This document shows, piece after piece, positions 21,938 through 38,200 of a stretch of DNA of 64,000 bases (positions are counted from its first letter, which is position 1; every line of letters starts with the position of its first letter). This DNA is from Stramenopiles sp. TOSAG23-2 (Eukaryota). The notes under the pieces were generated by a model. It did no database searches and was not told the DNA's origin. It worked only from the letters and a program-made list of their open reading frames with translations. The DNA lies in contig LT649245.1 of assembly GCA_900128395.1 (NCBI GenBank), positions 1 through 64,000 of the forward strand, given 5' to 3'. Both the position numbers and the translations under genes were made by a program.

Positions 21938-24009
21938 ATGAAGATAACACCACATCCAGAGAAAACATTTGGTGCAACTATTACAAATATAAAAGTCTCC
22001 AATATAACAACGTCGCAATTTCAACAAATTGAAGATGCTTTTAATCAATATGGTCTTTTAATATTTAAAAAACAACATTTATCTATGAGTGAACAAACTG
22101 AATTTGGGAAACGATTTGGAGAAATTGAACATTTAGTGCAAGGAAGACCGGAAATGGAAAGTGTAAATATTGCAAATTCTGTTGGTAAAGCAAATAAACT
22201 TTTATTTGAATCTTCCATGAAACCTAACACGTCTCGACATTTTGCTACGTTGCTTGGAAACGAAGTTTGGCATACAGATTCAACATATACACCTGTTTCA
22301 TCAAAATGTGCTTTATTGCAAGCAATGGAATTGCCTAGTACCGGTGGTGAAACTGAATTTGCCGATGCACGGGCTGCATATGATGATTTAGATGCAGATA
22401 TGAAACGTAAAATTGAACATTTAAATGCATACCATTCACTTCATTATTCTATGGCAAATGATGAAAGTATATTTCCGAAAGTTGGCGATGCATATGGTTA
22501 TGATGGGAAAGCATATTTACGTCCATTAGTTAAAATTCATCCTGCTACAAAGCGTCCAAATTTACATATCGGTCGTCATGCTCACAACATAGTTGGATTG
22601 TCTCGTGAAGAATCGGTTCGTTTAATAGATGATTTAAATGCATTTACTGGTTCAAAAGCAGAATATGTTATACGACATAAATATTCTGTTGGCGATTTAG
22701 TTTTATGGGATAATCGACGATTGTTACATCGTGCATGCCCATACGATTATTACAATGAAAAAAGAGTCTTACAAGCAACACGTATTAAAGGTGAAAGTTC
22801 CGAACGTTACTTGGAGCATTTACAAGAAGCAAAGTTATCTGAAGCAGTTTTGGCCCAAGAATTAAAAATTTTACGCCATTTACATCAAGAAAATGTTTTT
22901 TCAATCGAACCATTGGCATGTAAAACGTTTGGTGCAAAAATACGCGGCGTTGATTTAGCTAATTTGTCCCAAGATGATTTTGAGAAAATTAACCAAGCAT
23001 TTGTTGAATATGGCTTGTTAATTTTTCCAAAAATTGGACTTGATCCAGAGACACAGGAAAAGTTTGCTTCTAGATTTGGAAAATTACGTTTCAATGGCAC
23101 TCCTATGGGGAATTATGTTGACGAATACAAAAAAGGAGAAATTTTTGCCTTGGATAAGACTGGGATGAAAATTAATGTTGGTAATGAACAATGGCATTTT
23201 GATGATACCTATCAACCACAAAGTGCTACTGGGGGTTTATTGACATGCGAAGTTATGACTAGTTGGGGTGGTGGTACTGGATTTCTAGATGCCCGTGCTG
23301 CATATGATACTTTGTCTGAAGAGCTGAAAAATGAAATTAAAGATTTAAAAGCATGGCATTCAAACGAATTTTCCCAAGCTATGGATGTAGGTTGGATACC
23401 ACCACGAGATCTGATTCCTATTTATCATGGAAATGCATATTTGAGGCCATTAGTTAAAATACATCCTAAATCAAACCGGAAAACTTTATATGTTGGTCGA
23501 CATGCATTTGGTGTTGAAGGTTATAGCCGGGAACGTTCGTTTGAGTTGTTGGAGAAATTAAATAGCCATTGTCAGGAAAATGAGGAGAGAATGTACATAC
23601 ATAATTATCGTCGAGGTGATTTAGTCTTGTTTGATAATAGATGTATCATGCATAAAGCATGTGAATATGATTATTCAAATGAGAAGCGAAAATTGGTGGG
23701 ATCGAGAATATTAGGAACAGTGGAAACGGAAAGTTCTATTCAAGGTGTTGATGAAAATGGTAGGATAGCACTTGAAAATGAGTTGAATGCAATTCGCCAA
23801 GATATGGAGCAAGGAATCTTTCGTCCAAGATTACAAACATATCAAAATGCTGTTGAGAAACTTATTTCACAAAAAAAAAACGGGTAGAGTTATTGCTTCA
23901 CTGAGATATGGAGCAAGGAATCTTTCGTCCAAGATTACAAACATATCAAAATGCTGTTGAGAAACTTATTTCACAAAAAAAAAACGGTAGAGTTATTGCT
24001 TCACTGTAA
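21938..24009 (+). CDS. TauD/TfdA-family 2OG dioxygenase with two complete domains in tandem
   Basis: Domain 1 has WHTDSTY...WDNRRLLHRA; domain 2 has WHFDDTY...FDNRCIMHKA. The duplicated 3' end gives two alternative stops: 23887, or 24009 ending RVIASL. Confidence 0.92.
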
Positions 24010-24650
24010 AAATGTACGTATTTTTTGGTAATATAATTAAAAAAATTTAACCTCCTATGATGATATATTCATATATATGCACAAAATGTTTTGCAAAAAA
24101 GGAAGAGAAATTATATCAGTATATGTGTGTGCTGGTGTGGGGGGGTAAAAGGTCAAAAAAATATGTTTGTGTGTGTATCTTAAAATTAAAAAAATACGGA
24201 ACCGGGTCCGTACGGTTTTCGTATGATGTACAAAAATCCCATAAAATATTTTTATCTATAAATATATACTTATATTATGCATAGATTTTAACCATCATAT
24301 AATATATAAAAATGTTATTTTTAAAAGAGTGTGTGTCCTATATTTTTTAAGCAGTTGTATTACTTTTTTTAATTTTATGATGTGAATCTTCCTCTTCATC
24401 ATCATCATCATCATCTAATGAAAAGCCACCGCCTACAATAATATCTTTTGGTGTTCCTCGTGGTGTAAGAGGGCTACCAATAGCCTTTGCCTTTGTTGCA
24501 CGCTGTATGTTCATTAACATTTTTACTTTGCTCTTCATCACCGCCTACAATAATATCTTTTGGTGTTCCTCGTGGTGTAAGAGGGCTACCAATAGCCTTT
24601 GCCTTTGTTGCACGCTGTATGTTCATTAACATTTTTACTTTGCTCTTCAT
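23800..24650. repeat. Two tandem duplications (104/103 bp at 23800 with a 1-nt indel; 112 bp at 24427; probable artefacts)
   Basis: Each block is immediately repeated. Confidence 0.93.
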
Positions 24651-25781
24651 TCGATTCACTGCCATCACTAAACGCATTCCTTTTTTCCATCTTTTCCGTG
24701 CGAGAGTGTGACGTAAATTATCTTCTACATCTAAATCAAAATCTTCAATTTTCTCAATATCATCACTTAACCATGGCAATTTTTTTACTTCGCTTATTTC
24801 TTTTCTCGTATCTACTGGGATCGTTAGCATTGTAGAAATGGTATCTTTACATTCTTGCGACACGTCCGCCCATGAATGTTCATGGAATTCAAATACGCCT
24901 GTCTTACTTAGATCTAATGCTACTTTTTGGTCTTCTGCGTAAAATGGTGCATATCCACAAATCAATTCATATGTCAATACACCAAGGCTCCATACATCTG
25001 CTCTCGTCGTGTACTCCACATCTCCAGTTATTGTTGGATTCACAATTTCAGGAGGTACGTATCCTGGAGTACCACATGGCGAATCAGTGTAAGTTGTTTT
25101 GCCTTCTTTAAGTTTTATGGCTAATCCAAAATCTATTAATTTTACAAGTCCAAAATTTCCATGTGGGCCAGCTTCCTTGCCAACTAAAACATTTTCTGCT
25201 TTGATGTCACGATGTATAATACCTTTTTCATGTGCATATTCTAATGCATCAGCAACTTGCCTTATAATACATGAAGCATGTCGTTCAGTAAAGCCATAAG
25301 TTGAATCATCTTGATCCACTCTATACATTCTTACAATTTGTTTAAACAATTCAACCCCATCGCAAAATTCAGCTGCAATAATAAAAATACCAGGTTTTGT
25401 AAACGTCTTATATGCTTTTAATATATTTGGGTGATTTAACATTTGTAATGTCTTCACTTCACGCTGCATATCGATCACGTCTCGGAGCTTTGGATTTTCC
25501 ACAACTTTAATTGCGTGTTTCTTCCCGTCTTTTTTATGAATTGCTGCTATTACAATAGACATTGCACCGCGACCTAGTTCTTCTTGCAATACAGTATATT
25601 CCTCTAAGAAGGCTTTAGGATATACATCATTTATTTCCAAATCTTGCGTTAGAAACTCCAGTTCAATTTTTTTCATATCTTTTTTATTTATTTTCTTTTT
25701 ATCAATGTGGGCTGACAAAGTATGTTTTTGCAAACCTTTGAAGTTAGTATCTCGTGCAGATGTTGATTGGTTGCAACCCAT
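24347..25781 (-). CDS. CAMK-family Ser/Thr kinase, N-terminally acylated (MGCNQS)
   Basis: LGRGAMS, AIK, HRDIKAEN, DFG and GTPGYVPPE motifs, plus a calmodulin-binding-like ARKRWKKGMRLVMAVNRM. True C-terminus is recovered after removing the 112-bp duplication. Confidence 0.93.
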
Positions 25782-25819
25782 GATGGATATATAATATATG
25801 TCTAGATGTATATATTGTA

Positions 25820-27403
<1,584 letters not shown>

Positions 27404-27838
27404 TCTTCTTGTTCTTTCTTAATTTATTTTTTTGTATATCTTATTTGATCATGTACAAACAAATAGAAATATATAGTCTTGGATAGCGTATGTGTGTCAA
27501 TATCCTCTGCGGTGATGCACAATAAATATATATATATGTTTATATATATTATTGATTTTGTAATAATTAATAATAATTGATGATTTTTTTTGTGGTTGTT
27601 TTTGGCAACAAAATATTAAGGTATTTTGTAATATTTTATCCGCTTTAGCTAGTCTGCGTCGTCAGACTCTTTCGCGCTTTAGCTTTCACACACAAATCCG
27701 GATATGACAACATTTTAGTATTCTCATTATCATACTATACTAGTTTAAGTTGGATTATAATCAAAAAAAACATTTACAAATACAAAAAAATGCAAAAAAT
27801 GGAATTTTGGGAATTGGATTTCAATCGATTAATTAAAT

Positions 27839-27853
27839 TACCTTAACCTGGTA
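27839..27853 (+). promoter_or_regulatory. Candidate cis-element TACCTTAACCTGGTA in the MetAP2/PEX7 divergent promoter
   Basis: Identical 15-mer at 5773-5787; core on the opposite strand at 9524-9534; partial copies at 45245 and 45300. Confidence 0.4.
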
Positions 27854-28007
27854 GTAAAAAATAATTTTGATGAGATGCAGATGGATATATATATGCATGC
27901 AAGAATAATCATCTCATCCACTTCATTTCATTTCTATCTACCTCATCAACTACCACTCACACACACACACACACTTATATTTATAACGCAACAAACAACC
28001 GACCATC

Positions 28008-29090
28008 ATGATGCAATCACCGCCATGTGTGGTGGATTTTCAATTAGCTGGATATGGTTGCGAATTTAGCCCGTTCAATGGAAACCAAATAGCAATTGCT
28101 GCATCACAATATTTTGGTATTATTGGTAATGGTAGGCAATTAATTGTACAAAAAGTGCCTGGGTCACCCCAAGCACAAATAATAAGATCATTCGATACTC
28201 AAGATGGATTGTATGATTGTGCATGGAACGAATCAAATGCCATGCAAGTAGTTAGTGCCAGTGGCGATGGTAGTGTTAAACTTTTTGATTTAAATACACG
28301 TGATAATTTTCCTGTCGCACAGTGGCATGAACATCAAACTGAAGTTTCTGGTGTTCATTGGAATTTAGTTAGAAAAGATATGTTTGTTACAGCTTCTTGG
28401 GACCATACTATAAAGTTATTTTCACCAATGTCTCCACAATCTATAATGACGTATGCAGAACATACGTATTGCGTCTACCAAGCCATATGGAGCCCACGAA
28501 GGGCGACCGTTTTTGCATCGGCTTCTGGTGATGGCACAGTTCGTATATGGGATACCAATTCTCCAATGTCTATTCATCGTATTGCACCAGCACATGATGG
28601 TGAAGTGTTAACGTTGGATTGGAATAAATATAATGATAATCAATTAGTAACTGGATCTGTAGATAAAACATTGCGTTTATGGGATTTAAGAAACCCTGGG
28701 ATGCCTATGATGATCATGCCAGGGCATCAATATGCTATTAGACGTGTTAAATTTTCTCCACATAGTTCAAACATTATAGGTAGTGTTTCATATGATATGA
28801 CAATGTGCCTTTGGAATACAAATAATTCAATGCAACCAATGTTTAATAGATTTGATCATCATAATGAATTTGTAGTAGGATTAGATTTTAACCTTTTCAT
28901 GCCAGGTGAAGTTGCAACAGCATCTTGGGATGGGTATTGTACAATATGGAATGCAAATGGTCAAATGCGACCACCAAAAATGATGAGGCGGAATATTGCA
29001 AGTCAACAAATTGGTGGTGCAATGCCACCAGTCATGGCATCACCAAGTATGGTAGAAGGTGGAAACATGAAGAAACAAATGTTAAAATAA
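28008..29090 (+). CDS. PEX7: Peroxisomal PTS2 receptor peroxin-7 (WD40)
   Basis: GYGCEFSPF...AASQYFGIIGNG, DTQDGLYDCAWNE, EVLTLDWNKY, GHQYAIRRVKFSPH and HHNEFVVGLDF are PEX7-type motifs. Confidence 0.92.
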   Translation: MMQSPPCVVDFQLAGYGCEFSPFNGNQIAIAASQYFGIIGNGRQLIVQKVPGSPQAQIIRSFDTQDGLYDCAWNESNAMQVVSASGDGSVKLFDLNTRDNFPVAQWHEHQTEVSGVHWNLVRKDMFVTASWDHTIKLFSPMSPQSIMTYAEHTYCVYQAIWSPRRATVFASASGDGTVRIWDTNSPMSIHRIAPAHDGEVLTLDWNKYNDNQLVTGSVDKTLRLWDLRNPGMPMMIMPGHQYAIRRVKFSPHSSNIIGSVSYDMTMCLWNTNNSMQPMFNRFDHHNEFVVGLDFNLFMPGEVATASWDGYCTIWNANGQMRPPKMMRRNIASQQIGGAMPPVMASPSMVEGGNMKKQMLK

Positions 29091-29229
29091 ATTTTTTTTA
29101 TTATTTTACTCCTTTTCAATTTTGTGTGTGATAATTCTTGTTTTTGTACTGGATTTTGATAGGAAATTGTATACTGAATTAGAATACTGTAATATTTTTC
29201 GACAAAGCCAAATATATCATTAATTTTTT

Positions 29230-32200
29230 TCACCCCATTTTGGCTCCTAAAATCGTTTTCAAACACCACCCAAAATGATATCGTGTTGCGACTGTCCAAC
29301 CATTCATCTTTATGTACATGGTTCTAGACAAAGACACTAAATCATGTGCTAATATATCTTTTGTCTTAATATGCTTTGCTGATCTTGCAACTATAACACG
29401 CAAATCTTTGAAGCTTTGTTCTAATTCAAATAAATCATTTGATTTCAAAATATTTTTTCGTGCTACAACCCATGCTGCCAAAACTTGAGAAGAGACGCCT
29501 GCTAATGCACCATAACGTACAAGCTCTCTATCACTTTCCAATGTTGGATTCAATGTGGAGTTAACTTTTCTAAAATATTCTACAAATTCATCATGCCGTT
29601 CCACAGCATCTTCTCTTGCTTTTACAAAATATTTTCTTTGTTGCAACTTATCATAGTTCGCAACGTTCATAGTTATACGTTTCAATATTTGTTTGTATTG
29701 TGGATTTTTTTTGAAATTTCCTTTAATCGTAATATATGTTGCATCATATAGCAAAAGCAAAGTCCAAGGTACAGTTAAGATAAACCATAACCACCACATA
29801 TCATCATGTTTAAAGTAATACTGATATATAACAACTATTTGTGGTGATCCACAACGATAAATTACATAAAGCGGTAATACTACTTCACCCGCACAACCAA
29901 GCCATCGTTTATTTCTATAACACCAGTGTGTAACAAATGCTAATTCAATTGTGAATATATGTAAACCCAGGCCCGTACCTGCCGTTATTAAAATTAAAAA
30001 TGGTCGTAATGGATCCCATGATGTCGCTAGTCGTGGAATACGATATAATAGCAAGTGAAAACATGAGATACACACTGTAAGCCAGAAGAGGGTATACCCT
30101 AAACCATACAAAATTGCATCTCCAGCTTCTATATAATAAAAAACTGTAACCCAGTAAGCATAAATCTTTTCAGACGTTTTCAACACTGCATCATCTTTGA
30201 ATCCATGAATAGCATTTGCTGTAGTAGTAGTACCTGTTGCATTATTATTATCATTACTTGCATTTAAATTAGCAAAAGTTTGTGATCCTGCGATATTTAA
30301 TCCAGAGTTTTCCCATCCAGCATATTCGTATTCAACACCATCTAGAATAGCAAATACTATAAATGGTACAATAAGTAAAATACTATTTACAATGAAAATC
30401 ATAGGCGAACCGCAAAATAATTGAATCCATGACAATATAGCCTTGAAGATTTTACGACGTGGTTCTTTCCTTTTATCTTCAATATCAGTTGATTTGCAGC
30501 AGCAACTGTAAAAACTAAAAGGAAATCCTCCAAAAAACCATAAAACAAAAGATGGTAGTGACAATATTAATATAGACACTTCATTGATAATTAAGAGCGG
30601 TATTGCAAGTAGACCGACCACTAGTACCCTTTCCATATAATAAAAATTGATCTTTGGAGGTAATACATGCGTTATCCAAAGAGCAAGTTGCATAAATATA
30701 CCCAACGACCAACCATATTTACATGCTTGTTCTCTCCAAAAGCGCACTAATGTCAATTCAGCGACTGCTACAGCAGAGGCACTATAATTTTTAGCACCAG
30801 AAGCAGCATTGTATTCCTGTATTTCCATTGCCTCATATTCATGCTTTTCCATCCATGGACCAGAACGTTTGATGTACATATTGTCATTCTCTTGTTGATG
30901 CACAGTTTTGTTTTTTTCTAGGCTCAACTTTATATCGTCTTCGTTATTTTTATCTTCATCATATGATGTAAATGCGACTGTAAGAGTGTGATCTTCTGTT
31001 TTAGCATGGCGCAATGCCACAATATCTTGTTTTTCCGTCACTAAAATGTCATCGGAATTTTTAGTATCCTTTGGTGTGCCTTTAATCTCAATAGCATCTC
31101 CTTGTGGAAACATTGACATGGTAGGCCATTTTCTATTAATACCATACGTCCTCAACCATATGTACTGTATAAATGGTATGAATACAAATCCCGTTAATTT
31201 AAACGGCGCCAAAAGCACTTGTGGTGCACGTTTAAAACTCTCAGCAAAAAGTTCCAATATTAAAGGTCTGTAAAATGACAAAGACTTTCTAAAATATCTT
31301 GCATCGCCATCAAAATTATACATACTAGCCCACCCCTTGTTCAAATCATTTATGATTTTTTCTGAATCAACTCCCAGGTATCCTAGTTCGAGCGTGACTG
31401 ACCAATCGTATGGCTTTCCACGATTCATTTCTTCGTTTAATTTCTCCATATGACGATTTCCAGCAAAGTCTTTAAAACCAGATTTTAAGGCAAAGGCTAC
31501 AACCTTTTCATCCATACCTGTCTCTCCAAATATCCCATGAAAATGTTCAACCTCTTCTTTCTCTCTTTTTTCGCGCTCCACAGTAAACACTCGATTCATG
31601 TCGTTTGCCCGTTGTACAAAATCTCTAGCTGCCCCACCAAGCAAAAATATTAACAAAAGGAATAGTAGGGTAGATAAATCAACAAATAACAGCATGGTAG
31701 CCTTTATCGCGGCCCTTGCTAAATTGAACCCCATACCAGAATCAATACCATAATTTATCTCACCCCAAAATGTATCTAGACGCCAAAAGCTTTGAAAACA
31801 AGAAAAAATACCAACAACAATACCAGTCAAGGCAACAAAAAGTGCCAAAAGAAACCCCGGGATATCTATAAAAATCCACAGGAAATGAGAAGCGGTTCTA
31901 ATTCTTTTTTGCCACTGTGTTAATCCTGGATTTTTCATATCTGACATAACTAAGAAACAACGCCATGAAAATAGTGGAATAAGCCCCATAATGCAAAATG
32001 GTAAGTCCACTAACCATTGAATAAATTTATATAGCACAGTAATATGTGGTGCAAATCTACTGGTTCGTAAAAATGGTATAGGATGATTTGCTTTTCGGTA
32101 TGGAACAACCCACAATTTGTACTGGAAAACATATCTCAAAGGATAAAATTTACGATGAGGAGTCAATATTAAACAACATAGAAAGGGAAAGGATGCATAA

Positions 32201-35200
32201 TCGCAAATAGCTAATTGAAATGCTTCCATTGCTGCACTTCGCCTATCAAAACCTGTATAACAATGAACTTTCATTGGCTTTTGCACAAGTTTTAAAGCTT
32301 CCCTTACATTTCCATGGCAATATTTGTATATATCCTTTGCTAATTCTCTATCACATAATTTTAATGCTAAAATTTCTTCAATATCTTTTTCTGGCTCGGT
32401 GCGAGGAATAATTTTACTATTGGTTTTTTCCTCATCATTATCCAATTTGTATTGTTCCATTATTTTGTGTTTTGTTTTGTCATCATTAATATTTTTATTA
32501 TTATTAGCCGCTTCACTTCGTAATACTTGATGTTTTCGCAAAGGCAATGGGGCCCCACAACGCATATCATATACTAATTGTAAATATCTCCATGGTGCAA
32601 TTATAGATATAAATGCTAAAATTATGAATGGTAAGTCCAACATAGTATGAACAAATTCCACTAATACAACACCTCTACCACCCTGCAGTTGCTTTCGAAT
32701 ATTGTATATAAATTCCGTTTCAACCAAATGTTGCACACGATGTGTTGCTAATACGGTTCTATTATCTATATTATGCTGACGCATATAACGAATTTTGTGC
32801 TCTCTGTTTAATTTATCAATAATTTTATTCCTAAAGAAGTCACGCATATCCATGTCCGGAATATCTATCGGTGCAGACCAATAATATTTTTTACAAAGAG
32901 GTACCCAGATTGCATCGTTTCCTTCGTTCCTGGAGTATTTCCAAAATGCCTTACTTGCAATCTCAAGCTTTCCCACCTCATGTGGTTCTAGAAACATCGT
33001 TAAGTACTTTCCAGTTGGGAATCCTTCAGAATCTGGAAATATTTCAAAAATTTTATTATTTTCTTTAACCATGCCTGTCATTATATCTGTAAATTTCTTT
33101 TTTTCATTTTCCTTCATTGCAAACGATGTGCGCCGTTTATCTTCACGATACTCGTCTTGTACCTTGATTTCGTCATGATCTTGTAACTTGGTTTTGACAT
33201 TACCTTTGTCATTTTCATGGTCGTCATCTTCCACTGAATAATCATCCGTTAAAATATGTTTCACTTGCACTTTTTCCAATTTATTTGATAATTTTGTATT
33301 CCCTTCACCTTTCTTAACATTTTCTGTATTTTCCTCATATATGATCAACCCACTTGATGGCGATGGCGCTATGACATCATTCTCTTTCAACGTTGTCATA
33401 AATCGCCAACAACAGATTATTTCAAAACATTTCACAAACCATCCCAAAAACCAAAGAGACTTATATCCGCGTGGTCCGAGAAGTTTATAGTACATTGTAG
33501 GCGCCCTCCACAAAGTGACAGTAACAACGAGACCTAGTATTATAAACGGTATGTCTATAATATAATTAATGAATGCAAAACAAATTTCAATATATATGTG
33601 AAATCTTCTGACACCTGTTACACTCTTTTTTTCTCTATCCCATTGCACATCATACAAATCCCAATATAACACCAAAAAAAATCGGGATGGACAGCGGTAC
33701 ATAAATAAAACGGTTGTAATGGTTAACGGTAGCAAAACTAAATCTAATATCAGCATACCAAATTGTTGCAATGCAATAAATCGATTACGCCTTGCATTAT
33801 TATACCATTCGCTATGCCTTTTACTATTACACATGTCACGCAGTAAAGGTATTGTCCTAAGTCCGGAGCAGAATACTATTAAGCCAAGGAATAATGGTAT
33901 AATATCCATAAATACCTCAAAAAGGTAATTTAAAATGACAGCTCTTCTTTCATTTGGGTGTTTTACTTTCCATAATGCCATTTGAAACCCAACCGTTCTC
34001 CATGGTACCATTGATACTAATACATATACAAGAATAACTAAGAGAAAAAAATCATAAATATTTACGTAAAGTTAGAAGATTATGTATAAAAGAGCTAAAA
34101 AATTAAAGATCATTCTAAATTACTTACATGGAAAGTCACAGCATAAATTAAGAAAATGCTTTGAAATTGCATAACGACTCTTGTTCTGGCCAAAACTCAC
34201 TTCTTCCTCCATTAATGCAGCATGGAAATCAATTCGAAATTGTTTAGCTCTCCATATTGAAAAAAACACAATCGTTGCCATTGGAAAGAATACAAAGAGA
34301 TCCACTAGGGAATTTAAGCATTGCAACATGCATATTACATAGTAGGAAACAATTTTGTTTATCCTATTTGAAATTTTTGTTTTACCACTGGGGTATTGAT
34401 CTTGCAACAAAAACACTACTGTCGAAAAAAGTAAATATCCTGAAATACTGATAATGGTTACATTGAGGTACTCTCTTTTCCATCCAAAGAAAGGTAAAAC
34501 TACAATACATATTAGCAATATGCTTTGTATAATAACCGCTATTACATTGATAATAATCAATCCTAAAACACGTAAAGGGTTATTTCTCTTTTCTTGACCA
34601 GGTGGCAGATGTTCATCTACGTCTTTGGCAATGCTTTTCACATCGCACAAAGCAAGTAATGCTTTACCCCCCTTTTTGTTTGCCAATTCATAACCTAATT
34701 TAACGTAATATCGATTTACTAATCTAGGTGTAAGCACATAACATCGATAAAACACGTATGTAAAATATGTTTTCCCGGTACCAATTAAATAAAAGTAAGG
34801 TGATGGTAACAAAAGCATGAGAAGGTTGGATACTACAAGAATTAAATCTAAAGGAGCACGAAAAGTGTTAATCAATGCTGCTCGCCGACGTTCGTGCAAT
34901 TTCTTCAATACACAAACATTATATATTGTATTGGGCAATCTATGCAACGTAAGCAACAATCCATGTATGATATAAGGAATATCTATCATTAACTGAAGCA
35001 ACTCGTTTGCAATTGCCAAACGAAGTGAGTTGCCATGTTGCATTTGCATGTATACTGTAATTGCCCTGCCAGATCTATATCCAGACAGAATAAGAATTAT
35101 CCACACTAAGATAAAGGGTACGTCTAAAAGTAAATTTAGCAGCTCAATTCCAGACATAATATGAATAGGGTCCAAAATATCGTTGTTTGGACCTAAGAGA

Positions 35201-38200
35201 ATATAACAGAAAATTTCGTCTGTCAATGTTTTTTCACTTTTAATTGCAATAAGCCTTTCTGTGTTTTCAATTTCTGGTAATTCATTTATTGAAAACCGTG
35301 GTTTCGATTTATTTCCTTCAAGTCCTTTGCCAAGCTTTGGCTCGCCGGTGTCTTTCAATGGATCCTTATCAAATTTCTCTTCATCTAATTCTTCCAGCTT
35401 TTCCTCGTCAAGCTTTACATTGCCTGATTCTTGCGATTTTGCTTTCAAAACTTTAATTGTTTCATCAACGTTTTTTCCATTTTTGATATATGTAGCTTGA
35501 GCTTCTTCCCTTGTACATAATTCTATCAAACTAAGTATTTGGTCGATATCTTTATCTTCTATTGTATTTTTATCACCACTGTGATTTTTTCTTTGTCCCT
35601 TAGCATTCCTGTTTTTCAACCATTGCCGGAGTCCTTGTTGTACATCCGATGCACGCCAAAGTGTGCACATCAATATACCCACAAATATAATCGCAATTAC
35701 GTCAAACACAACTAAAACACATTGATGCAATATCAATAAACCTGTATTATTATTTTTTTACAAAAACATTTATGTTAGAAATGAATATCCAGTTATAGGC
35801 ATTAAAATGCAAGATATAAAGTTTCGAAAAATCGTCTATACTTACGTTGTTGAAATTGAGGCAAATATCCTGGTCCATCTTTTTGCTTAACTCTGCCAAG
35901 CTTCGCAATTTTTCGTTTCCACGTAGGGATTCGATGTAAAGATAAAATAGCTGGGACAACGAATGGTACATCAAGTATACATGTAATGGCCCAGCTAAAT
36001 ACAAGAAATTGATATTCAAAATGCTTTCTTTTTCTATGTTCCCATATCTCATGTACATCTTCTTTAAACCCACCAAAACGCCAAAAAGATATGACGATGA
36101 AAAGTGAAAGCACTGCTATGAGTGGATCCAATATGTAGTAAAATGCTTGTTCAAACATTGTCAGTCTAAATAACCAATTTTCTTTAAAGCGCCATACAAA
36201 CACATATTCACCTGCCTGCTTCTTTTCTTTTCGCCACTGCTTTTTTCCTTTATCAAATATCCATTTTTTATCGTCTTGCCATTGTGTTTTCAGTTCATCA
36301 AATTCATAATGTACATATCTATATCGCCGCATGGGAGTAAAAAACACCAATAACCAACATAAATAAAACGGCAAGTCAAATACCATGCTAGTAAAAACGC
36401 TAAGTACATCCAACGTAAAAACAAATGCAGATTTATTTTTATGCCGATGCCATTTTAATCGTATTTGAAGGCTTCGAGGTGATATCAATAGAATGATCGT
36501 TGTCATAAGAATAAATGGATCTAGCAACACTAAAACAAATTGCTTCACAATAAAAGCGCGCGCTTTAAATTCTAATACAATAATCTCATTCGGAATTCCA
36601 CTCTTAGTTGCTTTCCCCATAACTGATTTGCTGCGTTCTCCACCATCACGAATAGCCTTGACATATCTAGAGAAAAAGAATTGCATGCGCCATAATGTAC
36701 AAATAAGCAACGTAAAAAATGGCAAATCAAGTAATAAATACATAAACTCAATGAGAACACGACCAAACAATGCAAAGGTGTTACTTCTAGCCAAACAATA
36801 AGACCAATATCCCTGATACTGCCCATGATTTTGTTCTTGCTCTTCTTGTGGTCTTTTCTCTCTTTCTAAAAGCACATTTTTGTCAATAAACAAAATCCTC
36901 CGTTTGACACTCCACCATCTCCAATGAAAAATATATAAAAATATTAACATGATAGCAATTGCAGGGTCTAATAAGAAAAGAAAGAATTGTTTCAAAATGT
37001 AAAAACGAAAGGACCAATCATGCTTCCACTCGCCATTCCATCGGTCTACCCACTCACTTGTTTTTTTTTCAATAACTATGCGTCTCAAACTAGCATCAAC
37101 ACGTTCTTTCTCGTGTTTTCTTTTATCATATTGTGCCATGTCGCCTATCATCAACTCTTGTCGATGCAATTCGTCACTTAACTTCGCCCACATAATGGGA
37201 ATGCGCCAGAAGGAAATGCAAAACAAAATGAAAAAAGGCACATCCAAAATTAATTTTGTAAAAATTGTTAAAATCAGCTTTATAAATTCGACCTCAAAAA
37301 TATCGTTGTAATGGCGCACTCTACTTGTCAATTCTCTGCGTCTCCATGGAGCCAAAAGACACAACAGATAACCAATAAAGACTATCGGGTCAAACAATCC
37401 AAATATAAATTGTTTAAAAATGTAAAAACGACAACCAGCATCATTAACAAAAGAATAGTTTCGGCCCTTTATATTATTCATTATAACCGTCTTCGCTGCA
37501 AGCTCATCTTTGCCTGATTGCAAATATGCTTTCTCTGCTAAAGGTCGTGAAGTATATTCAGCAAGTCGAGCCACAACTTGATTATCCTTTAATCCAACAG
37601 CTATTACATCTTTGCTTGATTTTTTAATGGCTGTCAATTCCATTTCAGAAACTTTCGTATTTGAGATTTTCTGAATTATAATTTTTTGTTCAGTATGCTT
37701 ACGTTTTTCATAATCTATCATTTTCCAAAAAGTATTTAAAATGCTTCGAAATGGTGTAGCAATAAACAACAACAAAAAAGGTAAATCTACTAGCAATGAC
37801 ATGAAAGTATTAAAAATGCTTGCATGAATTGCTGTGCTACTTTGTATTATTAGCTTTTGTAACGGTTTAATGTCATTAGGCATAATATATGTAACTCTTG
37901 CAATATTAAATCTCACGTCAAAATGCCTCCATGAGAAAAGCAATATAAGTAAAAATGGTAAAAGCATTAAATCTAATAAGACTGTAAGCATTTGTGTAAA
38001 CGCATATCTTCGCCTTTCCCATATCGATGTATCTTTGGAATGAATGTATTTAAAGGTGAACAGAACGCCTCTCCATAAACCTAAAACCCCCATGCAAACA
38101 AATGGGAAATCTAGTATTGAAGATAAAAAGCAATCTAATACTATTACATGCGCATCAGCAGATCTCCAAAACCTTTCATTTTCTTTATCTTTCAATGATT

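Noticed and set aside
29003-29299. Alternative-frame extension of the giant gene's C-terminus
   Set aside because: No splice or frameshift evidence, and it would overlap the PEX7 3' end.
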